Part shown: positions 1 through 9,667 of the stretch, piece after piece
How positions within the stretch are numbered: position 1 is the first letter of the stretch
Layout: every line of letters starts with the position of its first letter
IMG/VR virus record: IMGVR_UViG_3300042339_001064
Span: 1 to 64,000 of that record
Origin: a virus
Lineage: Duplodnaviria; Caudoviricetes
DNA length: 64,000 nucleotides
Direction: 5' to 3' (one strand)
Notes under the pieces: model-generated
The model's input: only the letters and a program-made list of their open reading frames with translations
The model's database searches: none
Told to the model about the DNA's origin: nothing
Made by a program: the position numbers and the translations under genes

Positions 1-1
1 T

Positions 2-229
2 GCAGAAGCTAAATCTGAATTAATAGCAGAGATTAAAGAATCAAGAGAAGGAGTAGTATCTTCTGAATTGACTGAAAAGTTAAATACACTTTACACTTCT
101 TTAAAGCCTGAATTAAAAGAAGAAGATATTTATCAATTAATTTCTGCTGACTTTTCTGAAAAAGAAAATAAATTTACAGGAATTATTAACTGTAGAGTTA
201 ATGGAGAACATAAACAAATAAGATTTTAA
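2..229 (+). CDS. 3' end of a hypothetical protein (5'-truncated by window)
   Basis: Open frame from base 2 (AEAKSELIAEIKESREG...GEHKQIRF) to TAA at 227-229; not in the ORF track because it has no start in the window. Confidence 0.7.
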   Translation, partial: AEAKSELIAEIKESREGVVSSELTEKLNTLYTSLKPELKEEDIYQLISADFSEKENKFTGIINCRVNGEHKQIRF

Positions 230-249
230 AAATAAATAAATAAAAATAC

Positions 250-1566
250 ATGAAAAAAATTAATATCATTTCAGAGACAATTTACAAAGGACAGCATAAA
301 CTTGTTAACCAAGGTGCTTTTGTTAATATGTCAAAATTAATTTCAGACATATTTGCTTGTTTTAATATCCCTTGCTGTGATAAACAAGCAGATTACTTTG
401 TAAGAAAATCTGCTTTAATTTATAGTAGAAAAAAACCAGGGGCTAATTGGCAGTCTTTAAACAAATTAGTTTTAGATGTTTATAATTGTTGTGCAAATAC
501 AACCTTGTGTTCTAATAACCAAAGTCAATGGTGGATAACTACAGATGTAATTAGACCAAAACAAACTATTGAAACAATTAACTTTACTAATATAATAATT
601 AAAGTTCTCACTTGTTGTGAACTATTAGATTGTTGTGGACCTGTAGTGCCACCAGGACCTCCTTATAATTTTGATATAACAGCAAATTGGTCTTTAGTTG
701 GTGCAGGAGTTACAGATCAAATTACTTTTGAAAATTGGTTAACTAGTGTAGGTGCTACTTCTGTAGTAATAAATTATTTTAATTTAAATGGAAACAGATT
801 ACAAGCTGACATAATAGTAGATGGATTAGGAACTCTTAATTTATCTAATAAAAATGTTACTTTAGTAGAAAAGATTGGAGGGTTTAATAGTAGTTTAACC
901 CAAATAAGATTAAATAACAATCAAATTGTAACATTTAGCCCTAGTATTGCTTTGCCAAGTAGTTTAACTCAATTAAGATTAGATTTTAATCAAATTGTAA
1001 CTTTTAACCCTCTAGTTGCATTGCCTTCAGGATTACTAACAATATTATTAAATAATAATAATATAACAACTTTTAATCCAACAATTGCATTACCAAATAG
1101 TTTAACATTTTTAAATTTAAATAATAATAGTATAACAAGTTTTAATCCTACAATTGCCTTACCAAGTAATTTACAAACTTTAAGTTTAAATAATAATACT
1201 ATAGTAACATTTAATCCAACAATTGCTTTACCAAATAGTGTAAAATATTTAAATTTAATTAATAATAATATAGTAACATTTAATCCGACAATTGCCTTGC
1301 CGACTAATTTGTTAGAGTTAAGATTAGAAAATAATGATATAGTAACATTTAATCCTTCAATTATATTGCCAACAAGTTTAATTAATTTAAATTTAAGTGC
1401 TAACCAAATGACAACGGCAGGATTTACATCTAGTGAACCTTGGGCAAATGCTCAAACTGCTTTTTCTTCTACTTGTACTACATTTTTTCCAGGAAACCCA
1501 AATTTAATTACAGGCACAAACTTAGAGACTATATTGCTAACTAAAAACTGTACAATAATTCCTTAA
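250..1566 (+). CDS. Leucine-rich-repeat protein with Cys-rich N-terminus (putative virion/receptor-binding protein)
   Basis: Seven 23-aa LRRs (xIVTFNPTIALPxxLxxLxLxxN), C-cap with GNP, three CC-containing helical repeats at the N-terminus. Confidence 0.75.
   Translation: MKKINIISETIYKGQHKLVNQGAFVNMSKLISDIFACFNIPCCDKQADYFVRKSALIYSRKKPGANWQSLNKLVLDVYNCCANTTLCSNNQSQWWITTDVIRPKQTIETINFTNIIIKVLTCCELLDCCGPVVPPGPPYNFDITANWSLVGAGVTDQITFENWLTSVGATSVVINYFNLNGNRLQADIIVDGLGTLNLSNKNVTLVEKIGGFNSSLTQIRLNNNQIVTFSPSIALPSSLTQLRLDFNQIVTFNPLVALPSGLLTILLNNNNITTFNPTIALPNSLTFLNLNNNSITSFNPTIALPSNLQTLSLNNNTIVTFNPTIALPNSVKYLNLINNNIVTFNPTIALPTNLLELRLENNDIVTFNPSIILPTSLINLNLSANQMTTAGFTSSEPWANAQTAFSSTCTTFFPGNPNLITGTNLETILLTKNCTIIP
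922..1404 (+). repeat. Seven imperfect 69-bp tandem repeats encoding LRR units
   Basis: Recurrent 'gtaacatttaatcc.acaattgc.tt.cc' at 69-bp spacing (starts 922, 991, 1060...). Confidence 0.85.
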
Positions 1567-1640
1567 TATTAAATAATTAAACTTTAATTTAGTAAACTTA
1601 AAATTAATTCTAATATTTGCAATACACCTAAAATATATTT

Positions 1641-2309
1641 ATGCCAGAATTTGCAAATGAAAGAGAAAAAAATATAAAATTCCAAATTACTTTAAATGAG
1701 GAACAAAAAAACGCAAAATCAATTATACTTCAAAATAGTATAACTTATATTGCAGGAAAGGCAGGGTCAGGTAAAACTTTAGTTTCTTGTCAAGTAGCTT
1801 TAGATTTGTTTTTTAAAAAGCAAGTAAAACACATTATAATAACAAGACCTGCTGTAGAAGCAGGAGAAAAACTAGGCTTTTTGCCAGGAGGATTAGAAGA
1901 AAAATTAGATCCTTATGTACAAGCTATTTATCAAAATTTTTATTCTTTATATAAGAAAGACAAAATAGATAGCATGATAAAAGAAGGGTCTATACAAATA
2001 AAACCTTTTGCCTATATGAGAGGTAGTACATTTTGTGAAGCTGTAATTATAGTGGATGAAGTACAAAATACTACTGAAAGTCAGGTAAAAATGGTTCTGG
2101 AAAGATTAGGTAAAGGAAGTAAGATGATGCTATGTGGAGATATTAATCAAATAGATTTAGGTAGAGGAATTACTTCAGGAATAAAATTTTTAGATTTTTT
2201 ACAAGAAAAAGAATTAAAGAATTATACTAAAATAATTTTAAAAACTAACCATAGAGATCCTATTGTAGAGGAAATATTAAACTTATACGAAAGCTTTAAA
2301 GCACAATAA
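1641..2309 (+). CDS. phoH: PhoH-family ATPase
   Basis: GKAGSGKT Walker A, ITRPAVEAGEKLGFLPG, AYMRGSTF, IIVDEVQN, GDINQID, HRDPIV. Confidence 0.95.
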   Translation: MPEFANEREKNIKFQITLNEEQKNAKSIILQNSITYIAGKAGSGKTLVSCQVALDLFFKKQVKHIIITRPAVEAGEKLGFLPGGLEEKLDPYVQAIYQNFYSLYKKDKIDSMIKEGSIQIKPFAYMRGSTFCEAVIIVDEVQNTTESQVKMVLERLGKGSKMMLCGDINQIDLGRGITSGIKFLDFLQEKELKNYTKIILKTNHRDPIVEEILNLYESFKAQ

Positions 2310-2310
2310 A

Positions 2311-2877
2311 ATGAATTTAAATTTAGAATTTAGTCAACATAGTTGCAAATATATTTATGTTAATAATACTTCTGAGTATGACTTAACATTAGGAAACATT
2401 GTTTCTACTTATGTTAATGTATTAATTCCTGGTCAAACTATACCTAAAAAAATATTAATTCCATTTGAAGGACAACTTACTTTAAATGCTAAAAATTTAG
2501 GCCAACAAACTAATATAAGTGCACTTCTACAAGATATAGCAGAAGGATATTATACTTTAGAATTAGTTGTAGAGCAACAAATAAATCCTAATAGTCCTTT
2601 AGTAGTTAATAAAGAAACTTTTTGTTATTATAATACTTGTCAATTAGATTGTACTATTGATAAAAAAACTTTAGAATTACTACAAAATAATTGTTGTAAT
2701 GAAAATGATTGTACAGGTAAATTAACTCAACAAACTAGAGATATTGAAACATTAAAACTTTATAGAGAAGGATTAAAGTCTGCTGCTAGTCTTTGCAAAA
2801 AAGAAACTGCTACAGAAATAAATGTATGCCTTCAGTATAAATTAGGAGTATTAAATATTGATTGTGGTTGTAAATAA
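2311..2877 (+). CDS. Cys-rich hypothetical virion protein
   Basis: 188-aa ORF in the structural block; C-terminal Cys cluster ending DCGCK. Confidence 0.55.
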   Translation: MNLNLEFSQHSCKYIYVNNTSEYDLTLGNIVSTYVNVLIPGQTIPKKILIPFEGQLTLNAKNLGQQTNISALLQDIAEGYYTLELVVEQQINPNSPLVVNKETFCYYNTCQLDCTIDKKTLELLQNNCCNENDCTGKLTQQTRDIETLKLYREGLKSAASLCKKETATEINVCLQYKLGVLNIDCGCK

Positions 2878-2885
2878 CTAAATAT

Positions 2886-3494
2886 ATGACTTTAAGTACT
2901 TATAAAGATTTATTGTGTAAATTAAATACTGAAATTTCAAAGTTAGTACAATCTTTTTGTAGATCAGAAACTTATGGGTATAAAACTTGTAAAGATAAAT
3001 TACAAAAATTAATTCATACAAAACAATTATTAGAAAATAATTTTAACTTACCAGAAATGAGTAAGTTATTTTTTAGTTGTACTAGTAATGAAGATGGTTC
3101 TATTAAAACTATTAAAAGATTTAATAAAATTGTAGGAAATAAAATAGAATTAATAGTAAAAACAATTACTAAAACTATTAATATTTCAAGAGAATTTAGA
3201 TTTGAATTACCTACAATACCTAATACAGATGGATTTTATATTTATTCTTTATGGATAAATTGTCAATTAAATACTGTAGCAGATGTAGCAAAAGTATTAG
3301 AAATATTAGAAAAAGCAAATTACTTAGGATTTTTTAATTTTCAATATGATTCTATTACTAATGAAATTTTTTCTAATGAATCTTATTTATATATTGAAAC
3401 ATTTGAATATGAATATATCCAATTTGATGTGTTTACTACTCTTCAATGTTTAGACTTAAAACCAATTACTCATTTAATAGAAAAAACTAATTAA
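2886..3494 (+). CDS. Hypothetical protein
   Basis: 202-aa ORF, tightly packed, genome-typical codon usage. Confidence 0.6.
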   Translation: MTLSTYKDLLCKLNTEISKLVQSFCRSETYGYKTCKDKLQKLIHTKQLLENNFNLPEMSKLFFSCTSNEDGSIKTIKRFNKIVGNKIELIVKTITKTINISREFRFELPTIPNTDGFYIYSLWINCQLNTVADVAKVLEILEKANYLGFFNFQYDSITNEIFSNESYLYIETFEYEYIQFDVFTTLQCLDLKPITHLIEKTN

Positions 3495-3512
3495 AAACTT
3501 AAAATTTATTCA

Positions 3513-3520
3513 TAAGTTTG
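3513..3520 (+). promoter_or_regulatory. Candidate Bacteroidota sigma-A -7 element (TAnnTTTG)
   Basis: TAAGTTTG in the intergenic gap ~22 nt before the ATG at 3542. Confidence 0.4.
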
Positions 3521-3541
3521 TAAAGTAATTAAATAAAAAAT

Positions 3542-4534
3542 ATGTGTGTAGACTGTAACCCTTTAGAAAGCAATACTGGATTAATTCATTACTCTGGACC
3601 TAATTTAGTTATATGTAATGGTAACACTATTACTAATGGTGAATTACTTACATCTGTAATTGCTAAGTTTGATAATTGTATTGGAATACTCCAAAGTCAA
3701 TTAGACATGTCAAGTTTAGTAGAAAATAGTCCTTGTATTAATTTAACTAAAACTTCTTTATTAACAGTATTACAAAGTATTTTAGATACTGAGTCTGCAT
3801 TTTGTACTCAACTACAAACATTAAATACTCAATTAACTGCTTTACAAAATCAAGTAAATAATTTTCCTGCAAATAAAATTATTAATGTTACAGCTTGTAA
3901 TGGAGTTACAGTTAATGAAACTGCAACTAGCAAAACATTTCAATTAGGAGCATTTGTTCCTAAAAAAACTATTCTTCCTTATTTTGGAGATATTAGTGAT
4001 TTCTTTCCTACTGGATTAGGTAAACCTTCTGCAGGATTAAATGGTTGGGCTATTGCTGATGGTAGAAATGGTACTATAAATGCTTGTGGTAGATATTTAA
4101 AATATAATTGTGAAGCATGCTGTACAACAGGAGGATCTAATACTATTACATTAGCTGAACCTAATATTCCTTTAGTTTCTTTAGATGTAGATGCAGAATT
4201 TACTTTAAATTTTACAGGAGAAACAGAATTAGATGGTAAACATAGACATTGGGTTAAAATTGATAATGATTCAGGATGTCCTGTAAATCCTGCAGATCCA
4301 ACTCCTCCAGGAGATCAAAATGCTTGTGCTAACTTTGAAACAGGACAAAATAATGCAGGTAATTATTATTCCGCATCAATGGTAGGGCCTTCAGGAGAAC
4401 ATTCTCATACATTTACTGTAGATTCTACTGTAACAGGAACTTTTACTTCAACTATAGGAAACTCTAATCCAACATCAATAAATATAGAACCATCTTATAT
4501 TGCAGGTATTCCTATTCAATTTTTAGGATGCTAA
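3542..4534 (+). CDS. Tail fibre / tail-collar-like protein
   Basis: Collar-like motif PKKTILPYFG...GWAIADGRNGT...G...TGGSNTITL..PNIP, HRH and HSHT motifs, N-terminal coiled coil. Confidence 0.7.
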   Translation: MCVDCNPLESNTGLIHYSGPNLVICNGNTITNGELLTSVIAKFDNCIGILQSQLDMSSLVENSPCINLTKTSLLTVLQSILDTESAFCTQLQTLNTQLTALQNQVNNFPANKIINVTACNGVTVNETATSKTFQLGAFVPKKTILPYFGDISDFFPTGLGKPSAGLNGWAIADGRNGTINACGRYLKYNCEACCTTGGSNTITLAEPNIPLVSLDVDAEFTLNFTGETELDGKHRHWVKIDNDSGCPVNPADPTPPGDQNACANFETGQNNAGNYYSASMVGPSGEHSHTFTVDSTVTGTFTSTIGNSNPTSINIEPSYIAGIPIQFLGC

Positions 4535-4569
4535 TAAAAAATAATAAATAATAATAAAAAATATATAAT

Positions 4570-6333
4570 ATGTGTAATAATTACCCAAATTGTAACTGTT
4601 CTAGTTGTTCACAATGTCAAAGTTGTACTCAAGTAACTCCTACTTGTAATTGTACAACTACTTGTACTTGTACTACTGAACAATTTACAGAAGAATGTCC
4701 TTGTGGATTACAATCTACAAATTGTTTAATTTATACAGGAGATAATTTACAAGATTGTGATGGAAATGATTATCTTTTTAGAGGAACTAATTTTAATACT
4801 TTTTTATCTCAATTATGGGATACAGTTAGATGTGCTGCAACTCCTACAACAAATACAATAAATTATACAGGAGCAAATATAAGAAACTGTGATAATACAG
4901 CAACAGTTGTTGCTACAGGATCTTCTTTAACTGTAGCTTTAAATAATATTTGGAATGCAGTTAAATGTGTATATAATGATATTAATAAAAAACAACCTGT
5001 TTGGCAAGGAAGTGCTACTATAACTATAGGGGCAAGTCAAACTGCCCCTTTTAATAATATTAACACTGCTTTAGCTGAATTATCTAAATATCATTTTAAC
5101 AATTCTACTATTACTTTAAATTTAGAAGATGGTATATATACTTTAAATTCTCAATCTGAATTTGGCGCATTATTGCAAGATAAAAATTTTTTAGAAATAC
5201 AATCTTTGTCTGGAATTAAAGAGAATGTTACAATTAAAGGATCTGCTGGACAAGGAGTGCATAGTTTTTCTATAGGCTTTATTATTTTTAGAAATTTAAC
5301 TTTGGCTTCTGAGAATAATGCTGCTATAATAGGATTATTTGCAACAGGAGCTTTTGCTAGCTTAATAAATGTTAAAATAACAAATAACTCTAGTTCATCA
5401 AATTTATTTGCTGTATCTGAAGGAGCTACTTTATTAATGACTAATTGTACATTTGTAGATTTAAATACTACAAATACACAAGCTTTTTTAGTTGCAGAAA
5501 GAAAGGGAAATATTCTTATAACTGGTAGTACATTTACAGTAAATAGAACTTTTATTTCAACAAGAGATGGAAGTTTGTATATATCAGACAGTTTTGTTAA
5601 TTTTACAAATCCTAGTCAATTAACTTTATTTATAATGACTGGAAACAGTAATTTAACTTTAGGAAATACTCCTTTAATAAATACAAATCCTTCTATAGCA
5701 CCAAGTAATGTTTTTTATCTTGAACAAAGTAATGTTATAATTTATAATTATTATGACGTTGTTACTTCTTGTATTTTAGGCTTTGATGTAGTATTTAATC
5801 AAACTAATAATTCTTCAGTAATAATTTATAATAAAAATGAGAAATCTGAATATACTAATTCAGTTTTTGCTAGTGTAACCACAGGGTCTTTTACTATGTG
5901 GAAGGGCAAAGTTAAAGGCTATAATTACAATGTTGCTACACAAGGTATTGCTAATATATCAGGTAAAGTTAGATTAAATGCGGTAAGTATAGAAGCTCAT
6001 AGAGTAATTACTAGTTGGAATAATGGAGACAATACTTTTGAAAATTGTACTTTTATATTTAATACAATTTATGCTTTAGCAAATCCTACTCAAAGTAGAA
6101 TTTATATTTGGGAAGATAATGGCAATACTTCTACTTTTACTGGTTGTACTTTTGATTTAAATAATTTATCATTAGGTATTAGAACATCTGTTAATGGTAC
6201 ACAATTTTGGATAGATTCTGGTAGTTTCTTAAATGTACCAGGGGGTGCAGCCCTTACTTCAGATTATAATTCAATTATATTCTCACCTTTAGTTACTGCA
6301 ATTCCAAAGATAACCCTTAATAATAGTATGTAA
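4570..6333 (+). CDS. Tail spike/fibre with probable right-handed beta-helix and very Cys-rich N-terminus
   Basis: PFNNINTAL...ITLNLEDGIY beta-helix cap then N/S/T/I-rich beta repeats; ~12 Cys in the first ~55 aa. Confidence 0.6.
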   Translation: MCNNYPNCNCSSCSQCQSCTQVTPTCNCTTTCTCTTEQFTEECPCGLQSTNCLIYTGDNLQDCDGNDYLFRGTNFNTFLSQLWDTVRCAATPTTNTINYTGANIRNCDNTATVVATGSSLTVALNNIWNAVKCVYNDINKKQPVWQGSATITIGASQTAPFNNINTALAELSKYHFNNSTITLNLEDGIYTLNSQSEFGALLQDKNFLEIQSLSGIKENVTIKGSAGQGVHSFSIGFIIFRNLTLASENNAAIIGLFATGAFASLINVKITNNSSSSNLFAVSEGATLLMTNCTFVDLNTTNTQAFLVAERKGNILITGSTFTVNRTFISTRDGSLYISDSFVNFTNPSQLTLFIMTGNSNLTLGNTPLINTNPSIAPSNVFYLEQSNVIIYNYYDVVTSCILGFDVVFNQTNNSSVIIYNKNEKSEYTNSVFASVTTGSFTMWKGKVKGYNYNVATQGIANISGKVRLNAVSIEAHRVITSWNNGDNTFENCTFIFNTIYALANPTQSRIYIWEDNGNTSTFTGCTFDLNNLSLGIRTSVNGTQFWIDSGSFLNVPGGAALTSDYNSIIFSPLVTAIPKITLNNSM

Positions 6334-6370
6334 TATTAGTAAATAATTAAATAAAATAAAATATAAAGAA

Positions 6371-6898
6371 ATGAACGAATTTAGAGTAAAATATATAAAA
6401 TTAGCCACTGATTATTTTATAGATTTTCTATCAGAAGAAAATAAAACTTTATTAATTACTGATAAAGACCAAACTGTAATTTTAGATGCTTTTCAAGTTA
6501 AGCCTAATAATAGATATAAATTTTTAGATTGGGTACAAAAAGCTAGAATTAAATGGAATTTTCCTGCTTCTTGGAGTGGTAATCCTACTGACATGATTGT
6601 TACAGAAGAAATATATAAATTTAGTGTTCTAGAGTCTATAAATACTAATTTATGGTTAAATGTTACAGCTTTTCCTGGAATTACTTTTCCTGATATTACA
6701 ACAACAGATCTTGAAGGTAATACAATTATTATTCCTGGAGGAGGAACTCCTACAACTATTAGTACAAATAATAAAACATTTTCAGAAATATCTGCGGAAG
6801 CAATTTTACAAGGAGTATTTTTTGGAGATATTGAAATGCCAGAACTATATACAGGTGAAGCAACTCCAGGAGGAGATTTATTTGTATTATCTGCATAA
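6371..6898 (+). CDS. Hypothetical protein (tail module)
   Basis: 175-aa ORF between fibre genes. Confidence 0.6.
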   Translation: MNEFRVKYIKLATDYFIDFLSEENKTLLITDKDQTVILDAFQVKPNNRYKFLDWVQKARIKWNFPASWSGNPTDMIVTEEIYKFSVLESINTNLWLNVTAFPGITFPDITTTDLEGNTIIIPGGGTPTTISTNNKTFSEISAEAILQGVFFGDIEMPELYTGEATPGGDLFVLSA

Positions 6899-6908
6899 TA
6901 AATAACTA

Positions 6909-7655
6909 ATGACTAAACAAAAAATTATAGACCTTTTTGGTTATAAAGCAGGAAGAAAGTTATATAACTTACTATATAGTAGTTGTGCTAATTTCTGTTG
7001 CATGGTAAAAGACTGTCTTGGAATTAGTTCTTTAGGAAGTGCAACATTGTATTTAAATCAACAAGGTAATTGGAGTGCTTCAACAGGGCCTCAAGGACCT
7101 CAAGGTATTCAAGGAATACAAGGTGTCCCAGGACCTGTAGGTATGCCAGGATTATTTGCTCAAACAGCAAATAGTACACCTATTACAGGTACTACAGTAG
7201 AAACAACATTAATAGGTGCAGGTGTAGGTACATTATCAGTTCCTGCAAATGGATTCCAAGTAGGGGATAGTTTTAGAGCTGTCTTTGGTGGTGTTATGGA
7301 TGCTGCAAATAATCAAACTATTAGAATTAAATTAAAAACAGGATCTGTTATTCTTCTAGATAGTGGAGTTCAAAACCTTGGAAGTGCTATTGTAGATGAT
7401 GTATGGAGTTTAAATGTTGATTTCACTATTAGACAAGTTGGAGCTGCTACTGTAGCTTCTATTGTATCATTAGGGTCTTTTCATTACACAAAAACTAATA
7501 ATGCTTCTGTTCAAGGATTTGGATTTAATGTAGTCAATAACACAACTTTTAACACTACAATAAGTAATACATTAGATGTTACTGTACAATGGGGTTCCAA
7601 TAATGCAACTAATAATATTTATAGTGATATATTTATATTAAACAAAACATATTAA
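6909..7655 (+). CDS. Collagen-repeat tail fibre protein
   Basis: GPQGPQGIQGIQGVPGPVGMPG; N-terminal ~55 aa paralogous to the next gene. Confidence 0.7.
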   Translation: MTKQKIIDLFGYKAGRKLYNLLYSSCANFCCMVKDCLGISSLGSATLYLNQQGNWSASTGPQGPQGIQGIQGVPGPVGMPGLFAQTANSTPITGTTVETTLIGAGVGTLSVPANGFQVGDSFRAVFGGVMDAANNQTIRIKLKTGSVILLDSGVQNLGSAIVDDVWSLNVDFTIRQVGAATVASIVSLGSFHYTKTNNASVQGFGFNVVNNTTFNTTISNTLDVTVQWGSNNATNNIYSDIFILNKTY

Positions 7656-7668
7656 AAAAGTTAAATAA

Positions 7669-8292
7669 ATGAACAGATTAAGTAGAGCAGATATTTTAAC
7701 AATGTTTGGGTACAAAGCAGGTACCAAACTATACAATTTATTATACAGCAGTTGTGCTAACTTTTGTTGTATAGTTAAAAATTGTTTAGGTATTTCTAGT
7801 GGAGGTAATGCAGGCTTAGTTTTAAATCAACAGGGAGATTGGGTTACTTTAGAAGAAAATGAATTTATAGAAGTAGCAAACTTTGCAGCCTTACCAGTCA
7901 CAGGCGAGTCGGGCGTTATTTATGTAACATTAGACACCAATAAATTATATCGGTGGACAGGTTCTACCTACGTTGAAATATCTGCTAGTGTATCTCCTGT
8001 ATGGGGTGGAATAACTGGAACACTTAGTAGTCAAACAGACTTACAAAATGCTTTAAATGCAGATACATTTGCCTTAGATTTTACAGGCGGTGTTTTAACT
8101 TATTCTTTTTACGCTCCGTATGCTATGAAAATAAATAGCGTTACAAATGTTTTAAATGCACCAACTACAACTATAACGACTACTGTAGGGTTAACTCCTT
8201 ACACATTAGGGGATACTATAACAATAGGTACTCTAATAAACATAACCGTTTCAATTTCTAGTGTTATAAGATTAAATATATTAACAGTATGA
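7669..8292 (+). CDS. Tail fibre protein (paralogous N-terminal module)
   Basis: Shared FGYKAGxKLYNLLYSSCANFCCxVKxCLGISS..LNQQGxW; fibre motifs LPVTGESGVIY..DTNKLYRWTGSTY and WGGITGTLSSQTDLQNAL. Confidence 0.7.
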   Translation: MNRLSRADILTMFGYKAGTKLYNLLYSSCANFCCIVKNCLGISSGGNAGLVLNQQGDWVTLEENEFIEVANFAALPVTGESGVIYVTLDTNKLYRWTGSTYVEISASVSPVWGGITGTLSSQTDLQNALNADTFALDFTGGVLTYSFYAPYAMKINSVTNVLNAPTTTITTTVGLTPYTLGDTITIGTLINITVSISSVIRLNILTV

Positions 8293-9428
8293 GCAATTAT
8301 ATAAAAGTTTTACCTCCAGGAAATGTTTGGACTAGACCTGCACAATGGTTAGCAATGCCTAATATAATCAGTACAGATAAGAAATTCGCAGGGCTATTCG
8401 CTATATTTAATGATAGGCACAATGAATGTGGAATCCAATTGAATATAGGTTATAATGCAACTATAAACTGGGGAGATGGAACTTCTATTACAGGTAGTGC
8501 ATACCCTTGGATACAAAATAAAGTTTACAATTATTCAACTATAAGTTCTCCTGAAATTACAGATGAATTTGGTAGAGTTTATAAACACGTATTAGTGACT
8601 ATTGACATAAATCCATTAGAAACACTAGTTGATATGTATGTATCTCAAAAATCTAATCATTGGTTAGATATAAAATTGGCAAATACTGGTTTAAGAATTT
8701 TTGGGTTATGTAATGTTAGTAAGCCAATATGCCTAAAGGTTATAGACATGGTGTCAACAACTAGTCTGTCATTAAATCAAAATTACCATGGATTAGAGTT
8801 AATAGAGCGGCTTAGATTTGACACGTCATCTCCTACCATATTCGCTCCTTTTTCATTTTTGGGTAGAAATGCTAGAGATTTGAATGGAAACCCAATAAAT
8901 TTCACATTTAATGCTACGAATGTAAATGGTGGATTAGCTGGAGTTAACACTGATAAAATAGGAACAATTAGTTTGCCAAATGCGACAGATTGCACTAATT
9001 TTTTAAGAATAGGAAGTCAATTTGTTGGTGATGTAAGTATTCCAGTAGCTACAAGTTTAAGTAACTTTTGTTTTGGAGCTGTAAATGTTAGGAAAGTAAA
9101 ATTAATTAGTAGTTCAAACTTATTGAATCTTAATCAATCATTTTTTGACACACCAGCTTTAGAAGATTTAGAAATAACAAATTGTAGTGGCGTTACGACA
9201 ACCAATTTGTTCAATACTAGTAGAGCTTTAAAAAGATTAATTCTTACAGGATTAACTAGAGCTGTAAATATTTCAAATCAAAACCATAATGCATCATCAT
9301 TGAATGCATTTTTTACTTCTTTAGGCACAGCATCAGGAACACAAAATGTAACTATAACAGGAAATCCAGGAGCTGCAACGTGCAATCAATCAATAGCTAC
9401 AGCAAAAGGATGGACAGTAATAAATTAA
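8289..9428 (+). CDS. LRR/BspA-like putative receptor-binding protein with PKD-like N-terminus
   Basis: WTRPAQWL start, TINWGDGT, irregular LRRs, C-cap ITGNPGA...IATAKGWTV; ATGA overlap with the upstream gene. Confidence 0.6.
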   Translation: MSNYIKVLPPGNVWTRPAQWLAMPNIISTDKKFAGLFAIFNDRHNECGIQLNIGYNATINWGDGTSITGSAYPWIQNKVYNYSTISSPEITDEFGRVYKHVLVTIDINPLETLVDMYVSQKSNHWLDIKLANTGLRIFGLCNVSKPICLKVIDMVSTTSLSLNQNYHGLELIERLRFDTSSPTIFAPFSFLGRNARDLNGNPINFTFNATNVNGGLAGVNTDKIGTISLPNATDCTNFLRIGSQFVGDVSIPVATSLSNFCFGAVNVRKVKLISSSNLLNLNQSFFDTPALEDLEITNCSGVTTTNLFNTSRALKRLILTGLTRAVNISNQNHNASSLNAFFTSLGTASGTQNVTITGNPGAATCNQSIATAKGWTVIN

Positions 9429-9433
9429 AAAAT

Positions 9434-9667
9434 ATGCAAGAAATAATAGACACATCAGGCTTTTATAAGCAAACGGATAATGAATGGCTTTATGCTAAAT
9501 TTGAAGTAATAGCACCGACTTATACTATAACTAGAAAAGGTTATGAAGAAATAGGAATAGCAGAAAATAAAGAAGGGTGGGTATGGTATGATGAAGCTCC
9601 GCAAGAATATTTAGATTGGATAGAATCCATAAAACCTCCAAGTATAGATAACCTTACGAAAAATTAA
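9434..9667 (+). CDS. Small hypothetical protein (fibre-associated)
   Basis: Likely start ATG 9434 (MQEIIDTSGFYK...EGWVWYDEAP) rather than 9380, which overlaps the upstream gene. Confidence 0.6.
   Translation: MQEIIDTSGFYKQTDNEWLYAKFEVIAPTYTITRKGYEEIGIAENKEGWVWYDEAPQEYLDWIESIKPPSIDNLTKN

Noticed and set aside
922-1404. Possible CRISPR array or DGR template/variable repeat
   Set aside because: Repeats are in-frame coding LRRs without unique spacers; differences are not adenine-specific; no RT in the window
6660-6905. 81-aa alternative-frame ORF inside gene 6371
   Set aside because: Fully nested, L/Q-rich frame-shift shadow of biased codon usage; no independent evidence
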